A stretch of 64,000 nt of DNA from Fibrobacterales bacterium (GCA_051532055.1 JAOPTX010000008.1:92346-156345); one strand, 5' to 3'. Shown: positions 49,096-59,254, counted from the first letter of the stretch. The notes: generated by a model not told the origin, from the sequence alone. Program-made: numbers and translations.

Positions 49096-49677
49096 ATGAG
49101 TATGGTGCCAACCTATTTTAGGCTCACAAACTCTCAAATCCCAATCATGATGGAGCATATGGAGATTCACGAAGGTAACTTCCTTTTAGCAACAAAGCTA
49201 CTCGACAACTCTTATTTCGAAGACTCCATTGTATTTCTTGTTGAGCATTCTGAATCAGGTACCTATGGGCTCACCATAAATAAAGTATGCCCGATGCCAC
49301 TTAACGAAGTATTTACCAACACACCTTCTCATGAACGAGGCCTCCACCATTTTCATATTGGTGGCCCTGTTGACGAAAACCTCATTCAAATAGTACATAC
49401 CGACCCATCACTTATCGAGCATGCCAAAGAGGTTCAACCTCACATTTACATTGGCAACTCGTTTGTACGTGAAGAGTCACGACTCCCTGATACTAACCCA
49501 ACGAACGAAAAAGTTTTCCTCGGGTATTCCGGCTGGTCTCCAGGACAGCTTGACGAGGAAGTCTCACAAGGATGCTGGGCCATATCAACCATTGACCCCG
49601 CTCTTGTCTTACACGAATACACCCCTTACTTTACTAACCTTTCGGTTGAAGGTTTTAAAAAACAGTTCCCTACATGA
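49096..49677 (+). CDS. YqgE/AlgH family protein
   Basis: FLLA...YFEDSIVFL, GLTINK, GGPV, FLGYSGWSPGQLDEE; true start may be further downstream. Confidence 0.9.
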   Translation: MSMVPTYFRLTNSQIPIMMEHMEIHEGNFLLATKLLDNSYFEDSIVFLVEHSESGTYGLTINKVCPMPLNEVFTNTPSHERGLHHFHIGGPVDENLIQIVHTDPSLIEHAKEVQPHIYIGNSFVREESRLPDTNPTNEKVFLGYSGWSPGQLDEEVSQGCWAISTIDPALVLHEYTPYFTNLSVEGFKKQFPT

Positions 49678-50546
49678 TCCATAATGCTCTAAATCAACTT
49701 ACCGTCTCGACAGGTGAGTATACAATCCAGGGATTTGCTATTTCTGGTCTTGCTTCATACATACAAGTTCCAGAACTTGATCTCTGTTTTGATATGGGAG
49801 AGTGCCCTGTATCTGCCATAAGCCTAAATAATATTTTTCTGACTCACTCTCACGGAGATCATTCACGCTGTTTATTGCGTCATTTTACCTTGCGGAAAAT
49901 GCTCAATATTCCTGCGACACCTCATTACTATATCCCTGATCATCTCCACGAAACAGCAATAGATTGGGTTATCGCTGAATCAGTATTCGAGGGCGTAAAC
50001 CGTGACTATGTTCAAATCCCCCATTTTGTCCCAGTCAACCCAGAAATGGGATATATAAAATTTGAAAATAGAAAAGATCTCTTTTTTAAGTGTTTTGTGG
50101 TAGACCATACTCAGCCCGCCCTCGCTTATACTATTTATCGTCACAAAAAGAAATTAAAGAAAGAATATATAGGGTTACCAGCACAAGAGCTTATCGACTT
50201 AAGAAATAATGGTAACCGCCTAGAAAATGATGTCTATACACCAGAAGTAACCTATATCGCTGACTGTCGAGAGAGCTCCATGAATACCCCCGAAATTTGG
50301 AAATCAAAAGTACTACTTCTCGAAGCCACATTTCTCTTACCAGGAGAGGAATCTCTTGCAGGGGCTCGTGGACATTCACATATCAATGATATTGTCAAAT
50401 ACCTTATTAAGTATGAAGACTCAATAGAATGTACCCATATTATCATTAAACACTTCTCTATGAAATATAGTAGACGCCAGATTATTGACACCATCAAGAA
50501 GGCAGTTCCCGAACGCTTTATGGATCGTGTACATATATTTGTCTAA
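49674..50546 (+). CDS. Metallo-beta-lactamase fold, short RNase Z-like protein
   Basis: FDMG, THSHGDH (HxHxDH), EATF, GHSH, HFSMKY. Confidence 0.75.
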   Translation: MIHNALNQLTVSTGEYTIQGFAISGLASYIQVPELDLCFDMGECPVSAISLNNIFLTHSHGDHSRCLLRHFTLRKMLNIPATPHYYIPDHLHETAIDWVIAESVFEGVNRDYVQIPHFVPVNPEMGYIKFENRKDLFFKCFVVDHTQPALAYTIYRHKKKLKKEYIGLPAQELIDLRNNGNRLENDVYTPEVTYIADCRESSMNTPEIWKSKVLLLEATFLLPGEESLAGARGHSHINDIVKYLIKYEDSIECTHIIIKHFSMKYSRRQIIDTIKKAVPERFMDRVHIFV

Positions 50547-50552
50547 TTGATA

Positions 50553-52208
50553 TCACCGATTCTTTACAAAGCACATCAGGTCTTTCTGTACCCGCGAAAC
50601 GAGTCCAGACCAATCCCCCGAAGATTCTTGCCTACACAATCTAACCGAAGGGTACCAATAGGTGTCATTTGTTTCAAGCATCCAACGCCAGTCAGGGTTA
50701 TATGCAAGAAGGGCCCACACAGGCTTATGCATGGCTCCACATAAATGTACAACAGAAGTATCAACTGAAATCACAAGATCGAGGTGTTCAATTAATGCCG
50801 CCGTCTCATTATAGTTTTTCAGGTAAGGAACCGCATCAAACCTATGTGGATCAGTATCATCAAACACCTTATAGTCAGCTCCAACTTGTAAATTTATTAC
50901 AGCGCACTCAATACCATCAAACATCGTGATAAATGATTCAAATGGAGCAGAACGAAGCTTATCATTAGGATGATTGGGATTCCCCGCCCACACAATGCCT
51001 ATTTTAGGGATATTTCCAAGTAATGAAAGTCGGCTGTACCACTCTTTTACACTATTTTTATCAGCTACAATATAAGGAGCTCTGGACATAACATCACTTT
51101 GAGTAACCCCAAGCTTTGCCGGAAGAGAGTTTAAGGAACAATAATAGTCATATTCTGGTAACGCTGTACCATGGGTAATAACCTGAGCAGTAGTATTTTT
51201 AGAAACCAAATCAAACAATGCTGGATGGCATTCCATTATAACATATGCCCGCCGTTGTCTCAATTGCTCCACAAAACGCATATTTTGAATTAGATCACCG
51301 ATTCCCTGTTCATTATAGAGGACTATTCGCTGCCCCGCTAGCGGTTCATTATTCCATTCAGGTCTATGAAAATTTCGCTGCATGTAATTCTTGCCAAATA
51401 CCGCCCAACGATGATGATAGAGCGACCATCCTTTGGGTAAGTCACCCTGGAGAAAATAGCATTTTGCAAGATTCCATCCAGATACACTGTCTCCAGGTAC
51501 AACACGCTGTGCCTCACAAAAGCAGTTTATTGCCTCATCAATCTTATTCTCAACTAAATGCAGAGTTCCCAGGTTGTTATGGGCACCTACATTCATTGGG
51601 TTATTTTGAATAGCTACAGTATAAGCCCAAATAGCGTTTAGTTTTTCACCAATCCCAGTGTAAGCCAGTCCCATCTTAAGATAAATATCACTTTGAGTAG
51701 GGTCTAATTCACAACTCCTGCTAAAAGAACGAATAGCATCATTATACTGACCCTGAGAACGATAAAACTCACCAAGCACACCATAAGTATCGGAAGTCGG
51801 CATGCACCTTACCGCTGCTTTAAACTGCTCTTCAGCCAGCTCCCACTCTTTAAGCTGACTAAATAGATGGCCACAATTAATGCGAGAATCCTTAAAGTCA
51901 CCTTTTTGCTCAATACTTTCTAAAAAATGGATTTTTGCCGTATCAAGATCATTGAGCTTTACATAACAAACAGCTAGGTGACATTGATATACATAATGAT
52001 CGGGATTTACTTCTACAGCTCGTTTAAGATGAATGTGGGCACTTTCAATTTCGCCTCTAGAAATATAGATACACCCCAATAAATGATGTGCATCAGCACA
52101 ATTTTGGTCTTGGGAGAGAATGTCCTGGTAGAGTACAGCAGCTGCAGTAGTGTGTCCTGACTGCTGTAATTGAAAGGCTTGTGTTAAGAGGTCGCCTAAT
52201 CCCCGCAT
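50553..52208 (-). CDS. TPR-repeat protein with C-terminal GT9-like glycosyltransferase domain
   Basis: About 7 TPRs, then EQGIGDLIQ, GIVWAGNP, DLVISVDTSVVHLCGA, DWRW, WYPS. Confidence 0.88.
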   Translation of the reverse strand: MRGLGDLLTQAFQLQQSGHTTAAAVLYQDILSQDQNCADAHHLLGCIYISRGEIESAHIHLKRAVEVNPDHYVYQCHLAVCYVKLNDLDTAKIHFLESIEQKGDFKDSRINCGHLFSQLKEWELAEEQFKAAVRCMPTSDTYGVLGEFYRSQGQYNDAIRSFSRSCELDPTQSDIYLKMGLAYTGIGEKLNAIWAYTVAIQNNPMNVGAHNNLGTLHLVENKIDEAINCFCEAQRVVPGDSVSGWNLAKCYFLQGDLPKGWSLYHHRWAVFGKNYMQRNFHRPEWNNEPLAGQRIVLYNEQGIGDLIQNMRFVEQLRQRRAYVIMECHPALFDLVSKNTTAQVITHGTALPEYDYYCSLNSLPAKLGVTQSDVMSRAPYIVADKNSVKEWYSRLSLLGNIPKIGIVWAGNPNHPNDKLRSAPFESFITMFDGIECAVINLQVGADYKVFDDTDPHRFDAVPYLKNYNETAALIEHLDLVISVDTSVVHLCGAMHKPVWALLAYNPDWRWMLETNDTYWYPSVRLCRQESSGDWSGLVSRVQKDLMCFVKNR

Positions 52209-52462
52209 AATCCGGTATCACCTGGATCGCTTGTACAAGTATCTTTATTAGGGCATTCTATACAGAGATGCTCTTCTTCTTTAAACTGTACTTCGTGGTG
52301 ACCGGACTCATCACATTCACAATCTGCTAACCTCACTCCATTAACTAATAGAGGGGCATTTCCACACGATTTCTGAAGTGGTTTATCGATCAAAAGGGTC
52401 TTAACCCCCATGAGGACAAAAAATATGAGCATTAATGCAAGTGTAATTAAAAAGAGTTCCAT
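52196..52462 (-). CDS. Small Cys-rich membrane protein (NqrM/DUF539-like)
   Basis: N-terminal TM MELFLITLALMLIFFVLMGV, then KSCG, CEC, CIEC..C. Confidence 0.65.
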   Translation of the reverse strand: MELFLITLALMLIFFVLMGVKTLLIDKPLQKSCGNAPLLVNGVRLADCECDESGHHEVQFKEEEHLCIECPNKDTCTSDPGDTGLCGD

Positions 52463-52515
52463 ACCACTAATATAGCACATTTGAGTGAATTTATCACTCA
52501 AATGGCCTGTACTTT

Positions 52516-55500
52516 TTAGAATGAATATTGATAATTCAAGGCTGTATAAAAATGAGAATACTGTGATTCAAGCTGCTGAGGACGCTCAAAAGTATCGTAT
52601 CGTACTGTTCCTTCGAGATACATCCGAGAGGTAAGATTATAGCGCCCTATAAGACTAACCCACCAATCCAATTCTTCTTCAGTACTGCGATAATCTTCAA
52701 TACGCACATCACTATTTACCGGAAGAGCTGTTGGTTTTGCCGAGACTAAATTTGAAGTAGCCGTTTCCGCTGCTGAGTATGTGCCATCGCCTTCTGTATG
52801 GTACAATTTCACCGCAGTTGCTGTATTGAGAGTATCAATTACATAATAACGTACCTCATCTTCTTCTGTCGTCTTAGTTTTTAGCCCCACATCCAATCCG
52901 AGAGTAATTTTTCTATCGAGAATTTTTATGGAGACCTTATTACTCACTTTCAATTCTGTTATTTCCTCATTCCCCTTAACAATAGAAGTAAAAATTGGAG
53001 TGACCTTAAAACGATTATTAAACCTTAGTGGCTGATATTTCAAAGAGTATTCAAAAGGAAATGAGTATTTCACCTTATCCTCTCCTCCAAGATAATACCC
53101 AAGCTCACGAAGTGTTTTATTACTCAAGGCAATAGAAAGAGTATCTGATGCAGTCGTATAATAATTATCACTTGTGTTCGCAAATTCTGATTTATCAAAA
53201 AGATATTCAAGATCAGCACCAAGCTTAAATTGATTCATAGAATTAAGATCAAACTTACTCCCCAATGATACGGAGTGTAGTAATTCCTTTGACTCAAAAT
53301 CATGTTGTAATACTTCTTCAGCAGCAAGGTACCCTAAGTAACGATCTTTATTTATAGCAAGAGTACTCCCATAATAAATGAGTGTTGTATCTGTTGCAGC
53401 CCCCGCTCCTTTAAAAAACGAATCTGTAAACACAACATCATCATCTGATTTAGCGATTTGTGTAGTTGAATCTTTTTGTGTTTGATAGTTAATACCATAC
53501 TCAATATCAAAACTCCACTGATCATTGAGACGATAATCACTATTTAAAATAATATCGTGAATATAGAGTGGGCGGATTTCGTTTGCCTTTACATCCTTCC
53601 CTTCTTGGAGACCAATGAAACTCCCCTCGGCAAAACCAAAAAGGTTTAGATCACCTTTAGTGCCCACATTATTTATATCAAGATTATACTCGATACCTGC
53701 ATTCCAATTATTTTGAATAGTATGCGAATACGATCCAAAATAGTTCCTTGAATTGGCACTCACGCTTGTACCTGATCCTGGTGAATAAAAATATGGGGTA
53801 ACTATTTTGGCACCAAAAGCTACACTTGATTGAGGAAAGAAATATTCTGCTTCAACCATATATGCCATATTATTCTTAAGTTTCTCATACCATTCATCTT
53901 CACCATTGCCCGCGCTCGCACGAGCCACATAATCATCATAAAGTGAATCGACATTCATACCATTAAATGAAGTACCACTTTCATTTAAAAGTGCAGCAAA
54001 GTCATCCTTATTTCTAATCACAGGATATGCAGACAAAGAATCACTAATAATTTGGTGTAGGGAATCAAGAGTTACAATTTGCTCTGTAGTAAGTGTCGAA
54101 TCTAAACTATATGCTGTTTTTAAATCTGTTACAAAATTTGAAGTACCATTTATAATATTACCATTAAGAGTGTCACTCACACCAAATGCTATTTCGGCAT
54201 TAACCTCAAAGGTACCTTTTGGATTAGTCCAATGTCCACGCCAATACCCTGATTGCGATTTACGTTCGGGGTCATAGAGACCCGATGATACAGCAAGATC
54301 ATCTCGCCCTAGCGAGAACCCATCCCGACTATTTTCAGCTTGTACCCACCCAAAAGTCAGCGACGAGTAGTTACTACTATAAATTTCCATTTGTAAATAA
54401 AGAAGCATCTCTTGTGTATAGGCATTGTTAATCTCAATTATTTCATTGAATGCTTCAGGATTCTTAACCCCCACATCCAGAGGCCGCTGAGCCTCTCCAT
54501 AGACACCTGTAATTGCTACTACAGGTTTATTATACTCATCACCGCCAAACTTCCCGTAGTACTTACCACCCAATATATCACGACCAGCAAATGAGAGTTC
54601 ACCACCAACTTCATTAAAATCTCCTACTTGTACTGTGTGATTCTTTGTACCCAATTTTAACGAGAGCGGATCAAGTTGAGCTATACTTTTAACATCACTA
54701 TCCGCTATCCAATCGTCATACTTACCATCCATTGAATATTCCATAACAAAATCACCATAATCAAGAGATGAGTAGACTGAAAAGTTATAGGCCATTCCAT
54801 CCTGCAATTTATCATTCGGGTATTCACTATTTACCCCGATTGTGTCGCCACTCCCTCCAACAAAGACCTTAGGCCCTGCAACTTTTTCATGGGCTACTTG
54901 ATTGTATTCAATACCGAGTCCCAAATTACCCAATATGTTTAACTCTGTTCTCTCTTTTATACTATAAATTCCAAGCTTAAGCCCCTTATCAACAGCTTTT
55001 ACAGCGTCAACCACCAAGCTTTGAGTTGTGTCTTTACCATACTTCGCGCGCGCAATAACATTTTCAATTACCGGTTCATCGAGTAATTTAAAATTCACTT
55101 CATTTTTATTAAAATCGAAATTATCCAAGTCTATTTTTTTGCTTGAGATTACCCCATATTCATTCTTTCGAATACGTACTTTATTCATAGTTAGAGAAAT
55201 ATCACCTAAGAGAAGCATACCTTTCTCTGAATTTTCGACTAACGTAGATTTCATGCTCAGTGAGCCCATTGATCGCACTGCAACCGCATTAACACTATTA
55301 AAAAGACGAGATCGTTCAACTGTTACTGTTGCATATTCATCGACTAAAAGGCCAACTAAAGCCCCTCCCGCAATATCTGAATCATAGATTGAGATGTCAG
55401 AACTCTGTACATGTATTGAATTATTTCTTGTATCGAGAATTTTTGCATTTTGCAGTGTTGCTGATGAATTTATAAATTGAAAACCATTTTCAGCATGCCC

Positions 55501-56802
55501 CAGTTCGAGCCAAGTAAAAATATTACCTTGTGAATTTACAAAGGCTATTTTGCCCCAGTCATCATTCCGCGGAATATCTCTTCCTGAATGTATACGAATT
55601 CGATTTTCTTTAGTACCAATTGCAACCACCTGACCTTTAATTATCAGGTTTGTATTTTGACCTCCAAAATAAATCTGGACACCGGGTTCGATAGTGAGCA
55701 CCTTTCCAACGGGTACTTCAAGAGTAGTACGAATAATATAAGGTGATCCACTCTTTTTAAGGGTATCAGGCATAATTGATTCAATACGTGTTCCTTTAAG
55801 GTGGTCGGTATATGGCTCAAACACCAGTGTTTCCCACTTACTCTCTTCAGTGTCCTGACCTACATTTTCAATGAGTGAATAGAGTTTATTTGCAATATCC
55901 GCTGAAATGTTTTTCATCTGGGTGTCAAAACTTTTAAAGGCAACATATTCAAAAGTAAATTGATCAATTGATTCATCAGAATAACTATCAAATAATTCAA
56001 CAGAAAGAACGGTTACTGAATCTTTTCGTGCAACTTTTCCTAATACGAAAAAATCAAATCCTTTATTTTTCACTACCTCTACAGCACATTCATATTCCTT
56101 ACATACTGGCTGTTCTGGAACTTGCTTCACCCCAAAAAACTCATTTCCAATAAGTGCTTCATCTATATACCCCCCATAATGGGCAGGTACGATATAAGTA
56201 GTACTATCAATCAGAAAGTCAAATATCCCTAGTGAGTAAACTGTTTCTGGTCGTTTATAGTGTACAAATGCTTTCCCTGTGTTTTTTTTCTTTTTTAACG
56301 TCTGAATTTTTCTCTTTGCCTGCTGTACTTGCTTTTTCGCTTTAGCAATAAGTTCAGGTTTTTTCTCTTGTTCATGTGATGCTTTCGTATATACAATATG
56401 CTGACGGAGAGTATCTACTCCAGAAACTGCTTTTACCTTCATCCACTGAGATCCCGGAGCCTTTGGTGTTGCAAGCCTGACTTCCCATATACCTTGGAGA
56501 TTAGCAGTTGTTTTCTCCCCTTCGATAAGTATAATGGCTTGTGGTGGCGCATAGCCGACAACATCAATAGAATCCCCCATTATTAATTGAAAGGACATAG
56601 GGGATATCACTTTAATTGAACCCGACTTTGTCTCGCTTCGTTTACGAACAAATTTTTTCTGATTTTGTTTGCTTGGTATTTTATCAGAAACCGGTTCAGC
56701 CACTTTAGGGAGTGGCTTAGATTGATCTAATGTTGGCTTTCCCTGCCCAAAAACTAAAGCAGTAGAGAGTACTATGATGGCGGTGGGTACTGTAATTTTC
56801 AT
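52516..56802 (-). CDS. Large exported protein: periplasmic domains, parallel beta-helix and predicted C-terminal outer-membrane beta-barrel
   Basis: Signal peptide; SPYII...LTIEPGV...GTKENRI...WGKI beta-helix-type motif; amphipathic strands; terminal YQYSF beta-signal. Confidence 0.75.
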   Translation of the reverse strand: MKITVPTAIIVLSTALVFGQGKPTLDQSKPLPKVAEPVSDKIPSKQNQKKFVRKRSETKSGSIKVISPMSFQLIMGDSIDVVGYAPPQAIILIEGEKTTANLQGIWEVRLATPKAPGSQWMKVKAVSGVDTLRQHIVYTKASHEQEKKPELIAKAKKQVQQAKRKIQTLKKKKNTGKAFVHYKRPETVYSLGIFDFLIDSTTYIVPAHYGGYIDEALIGNEFFGVKQVPEQPVCKEYECAVEVVKNKGFDFFVLGKVARKDSVTVLSVELFDSYSDESIDQFTFEYVAFKSFDTQMKNISADIANKLYSLIENVGQDTEESKWETLVFEPYTDHLKGTRIESIMPDTLKKSGSPYIIRTTLEVPVGKVLTIEPGVQIYFGGQNTNLIIKGQVVAIGTKENRIRIHSGRDIPRNDDWGKIAFVNSQGNIFTWLELGHAENGFQFINSSATLQNAKILDTRNNSIHVQSSDISIYDSDIAGGALVGLLVDEYATVTVERSRLFNSVNAVAVRSMGSLSMKSTLVENSEKGMLLLGDISLTMNKVRIRKNEYGVISSKKIDLDNFDFNKNEVNFKLLDEPVIENVIARAKYGKDTTQSLVVDAVKAVDKGLKLGIYSIKERTELNILGNLGLGIEYNQVAHEKVAGPKVFVGGSGDTIGVNSEYPNDKLQDGMAYNFSVYSSLDYGDFVMEYSMDGKYDDWIADSDVKSIAQLDPLSLKLGTKNHTVQVGDFNEVGGELSFAGRDILGGKYYGKFGGDEYNKPVVAITGVYGEAQRPLDVGVKNPEAFNEIIEINNAYTQEMLLYLQMEIYSSNYSSLTFGWVQAENSRDGFSLGRDDLAVSSGLYDPERKSQSGYWRGHWTNPKGTFEVNAEIAFGVSDTLNGNIINGTSNFVTDLKTAYSLDSTLTTEQIVTLDSLHQIISDSLSAYPVIRNKDDFAALLNESGTSFNGMNVDSLYDDYVARASAGNGEDEWYEKLKNNMAYMVEAEYFFPQSSVAFGAKIVTPYFYSPGSGTSVSANSRNYFGSYSHTIQNNWNAGIEYNLDINNVGTKGDLNLFGFAEGSFIGLQEGKDVKANEIRPLYIHDIILNSDYRLNDQWSFDIEYGINYQTQKDSTTQIAKSDDDVVFTDSFFKGAGAATDTTLIYYGSTLAINKDRYLGYLAAEEVLQHDFESKELLHSVSLGSKFDLNSMNQFKLGADLEYLFDKSEFANTSDNYYTTASDTLSIALSNKTLRELGYYLGGEDKVKYSFPFEYSLKYQPLRFNNRFKVTPIFTSIVKGNEEITELKVSNKVSIKILDRKITLGLDVGLKTKTTEEDEVRYYVIDTLNTATAVKLYHTEGDGTYSAAETATSNLVSAKPTALPVNSDVRIEDYRSTEEELDWWVSLIGRYNLTSRMYLEGTVRYDTFERPQQLESQYSHFYTALNYQYSF

Positions 56803-56819
56803 AGGTGGGTGTCACCTCA

Positions 56820-58664
56820 CTATTTTAATCGAATTGTTTTATACTCAGTTTTCGTATTACCTTTTACAGGCTCAACTCTCACTGATATTTTATTCACTTT
56901 ATTTCTCACGAGCTCAACGTCAACTTGGTAGCGATTATCTTTCTCAATAGTATTATTTTCAAACACTGCACTTGGTCTGGTCAATGCTGAATTCTGTACT
57001 ATGATTCTTCGGATATAGCCCGAATCATCATTAGGAAGTCCTGTTAATTCAAACTCTACAGTTTCATAGGGCTTTCGCTCTGCTTTGCCTGCACGATAAG
57101 GAAGTCGTGGTGGCAGCGTTTCACTTCGACTTGTTGGGCCATCAATATCAACAGTAAACACCGCAGGTGGCCAATATTCTACACCAACAAAATTTCGTCG
57201 TGCCTCATTGCCTGCTAAGTCTACAGCGATAATCTCATAGTCATGTTTCCCAGGAAGGAGTTTATATACATAGCGTACATTCTTTTCAGCCTCTTCTTCA
57301 ATAACGCCATCATCTGATTTAATAGAGTACTGAATCACATCTCCCTCTGCTTGTGAGATTACAATTACCGCTTCACCTGTTGAAGTATTAGGGCTCACCG
57401 CAATTTTAGGTGGTAAGGTATTTACCGCTTTACTTGTTTTATCTGCAGTCACGTCAATTTTTTCAACAATATCACTCTCTCCTACATCTTTTAAAGTCAA
57501 AGTGACAAAGCTGATATCCCACGAGCCAATTTTATCATTTACAGGAAGAACATAAGAGAAATAGCCACTCTTAGAGCTAATATCTACTACTCGACCATCT
57601 ACATTTGCCATGAGTTTTGCTTGTTCGCTTCCCGAATAGGTACCCCGAACTGTTAACACACCATTTTTAACATCCACACTTGTAGGAGTCTGTAAGTTGA
57701 GTGAGAATTCAGCACCATATACAAAAGAAAATTGGCCAATAGAGACTGAAGTCGTTCCATCGCCACAATTCACATCATAATTGCGCTCACCTTTTTCTGA
57801 TGCATTCCATGTAAGAGTAGTTTGCCATAGGTTATTAGACACTGTTACTTTTTGACTACCAATAGTTACTTCAGTGCCGGTACAACTCCCTGACACAACA
57901 AGTGATGGCACTGTTACTGTTGAAGGAACTGACTCTACTGCCCCTCCTAACTCTTCAGCCTCTTCTTCAACAGTAGTAGTATCAATAACCACTGAATCCG
58001 TAAGAGTAGAATCGATAGTTTTAATATCAATTGAAGCAGCCTCTTCGATAAGTACTTTCAAGAAGTTTTTAAGGTCATCAGCTTTCTCAAGTTTTTTAAC
58101 TTCAAAACCTTTTTCACTTTCAATCACAAAATCCTTAGGATTGACATCAACTTTTTTGCCAGAACGTGAACGAAGTTCAAGTCGACCTTCTGTTAAATAG
58201 GCAAATGCCCGTTTTCCCGTAAACCCAATACCACCTCTGGTACCACGTATCGCAGCAGTAGCTGTAAGTGTTTCAAACTTAAATTTTGATTTACGCTCAG
58301 CAAGTTTTTTAATATTAAAGAGTACTCGCCCCTTTTTAACATTAATATTAGTGCTACTTGCCTGGCCATCTTGCACCAACTCAGACATTTTTACAATAGT
58401 ATTTTCTTCAACAGTTATCTGTGACCCTGATGCAAGAAGTAATTGCACCGATGATTCTACAAAAGTCCGTACCATATCAGATTCACGTACCTTTGAACCG
58501 ACTTTTACTTTTTTCCAACTTCCTTTACCCTTTTTCTGGTACAGTACTTCGCCGGTTACAAATTTTGCTATAGCCTTTTGCTTCTTAGTTGCAGCGTCAA
58601 CAGTGCTGCCAAATCCAATACAGAGCACAAGTAGTAGCATGAGTGATGATCTGGTAAACTGCAT
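56820..58664 (-). CDS. Secreted FecR-domain protein with C-terminal beta-rich (Ig-like) domains
   Basis: Signal peptide ending VDA; GEV...W...VRT...LASGS...TATAAIRGT FecR pattern; ATG 58664 follows GAGGA. Confidence 0.85.
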   Translation of the reverse strand: MQFTRSSLMLLLVLCIGFGSTVDAATKKQKAIAKFVTGEVLYQKKGKGSWKKVKVGSKVRESDMVRTFVESSVQLLLASGSQITVEENTIVKMSELVQDGQASSTNINVKKGRVLFNIKKLAERKSKFKFETLTATAAIRGTRGGIGFTGKRAFAYLTEGRLELRSRSGKKVDVNPKDFVIESEKGFEVKKLEKADDLKNFLKVLIEEAASIDIKTIDSTLTDSVVIDTTTVEEEAEELGGAVESVPSTVTVPSLVVSGSCTGTEVTIGSQKVTVSNNLWQTTLTWNASEKGERNYDVNCGDGTTSVSIGQFSFVYGAEFSLNLQTPTSVDVKNGVLTVRGTYSGSEQAKLMANVDGRVVDISSKSGYFSYVLPVNDKIGSWDISFVTLTLKDVGESDIVEKIDVTADKTSKAVNTLPPKIAVSPNTSTGEAVIVISQAEGDVIQYSIKSDDGVIEEEAEKNVRYVYKLLPGKHDYEIIAVDLAGNEARRNFVGVEYWPPAVFTVDIDGPTSRSETLPPRLPYRAGKAERKPYETVEFELTGLPNDDSGYIRRIIVQNSALTRPSAVFENNTIEKDNRYQVDVELVRNKVNKISVRVEPVKGNTKTEYKTIRLK

Positions 58665-58760
58665 ATGATCCTCGCCTTTGATATATCTCTTAATAAATAT
58701 CACTTCTTAAATGGTTATAAAATCAGGGCGGGTATAAATATCCTCAGAGTACTCTTTATT

Positions 58761-58776
58761 TGTGATTTAGATCACA
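58761..58776. promoter_or_regulatory. CRP-type binding site
   Basis: TGTGA-TTTAGA-TCACA, an exact TGTGA-N6-TCACA match, in the divergent intergenic region. Confidence 0.75.
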
Positions 58777-58828
58777 TACTCTTCCCGATTTTTTTAAGTT
58801 ATTATATCATTCGATTACCTAAGATGCC

Positions 58829-59254
58829 ATGACAATTTCAAATATTTGTGTTTTTTTTGATACCGAGGAGCCGATTAAAATACCCTATCTCGACTCCCTT
58901 AAAGACTTATCTACTCGTATTCTTACTGATGAAAGTAAAGAGGGGGCAGTTAATATTGTATTTACTAATGACTTTTCAGTTCGCGCTCTCAATAAAGAGT
59001 ATCGTAAACTTGATAAAACCACTGATGTGCTTTCTTTTGAATGGAATGAACCAGATATTTTGGGTGAAATTTACATATCAGTCGATCAGGTGAGAAAACA
59101 AGCTCCTGAGTATGATAATACATTCTACCAAGAGATGAAGCGCGTACTCGTACATGGAATACTCCACCTCTGTGGATATGACCACCTTACCGTAAAGGAG
59201 AGAAAAATAATGAGAAATTGTGAGGAGCACTACCTTTCAAAGAAAATTTATTAG
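58829..59254 (+). CDS. ybeY: rRNA maturation endoribonuclease YbeY
   Basis: LNKEYR..DKTTDVLSF, GEIYIS, HGILHLCGYDH. Confidence 0.96.
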   Translation: MTISNICVFFDTEEPIKIPYLDSLKDLSTRILTDESKEGAVNIVFTNDFSVRALNKEYRKLDKTTDVLSFEWNEPDILGEIYISVDQVRKQAPEYDNTFYQEMKRVLVHGILHLCGYDHLTVKERKIMRNCEEHYLSKKIY

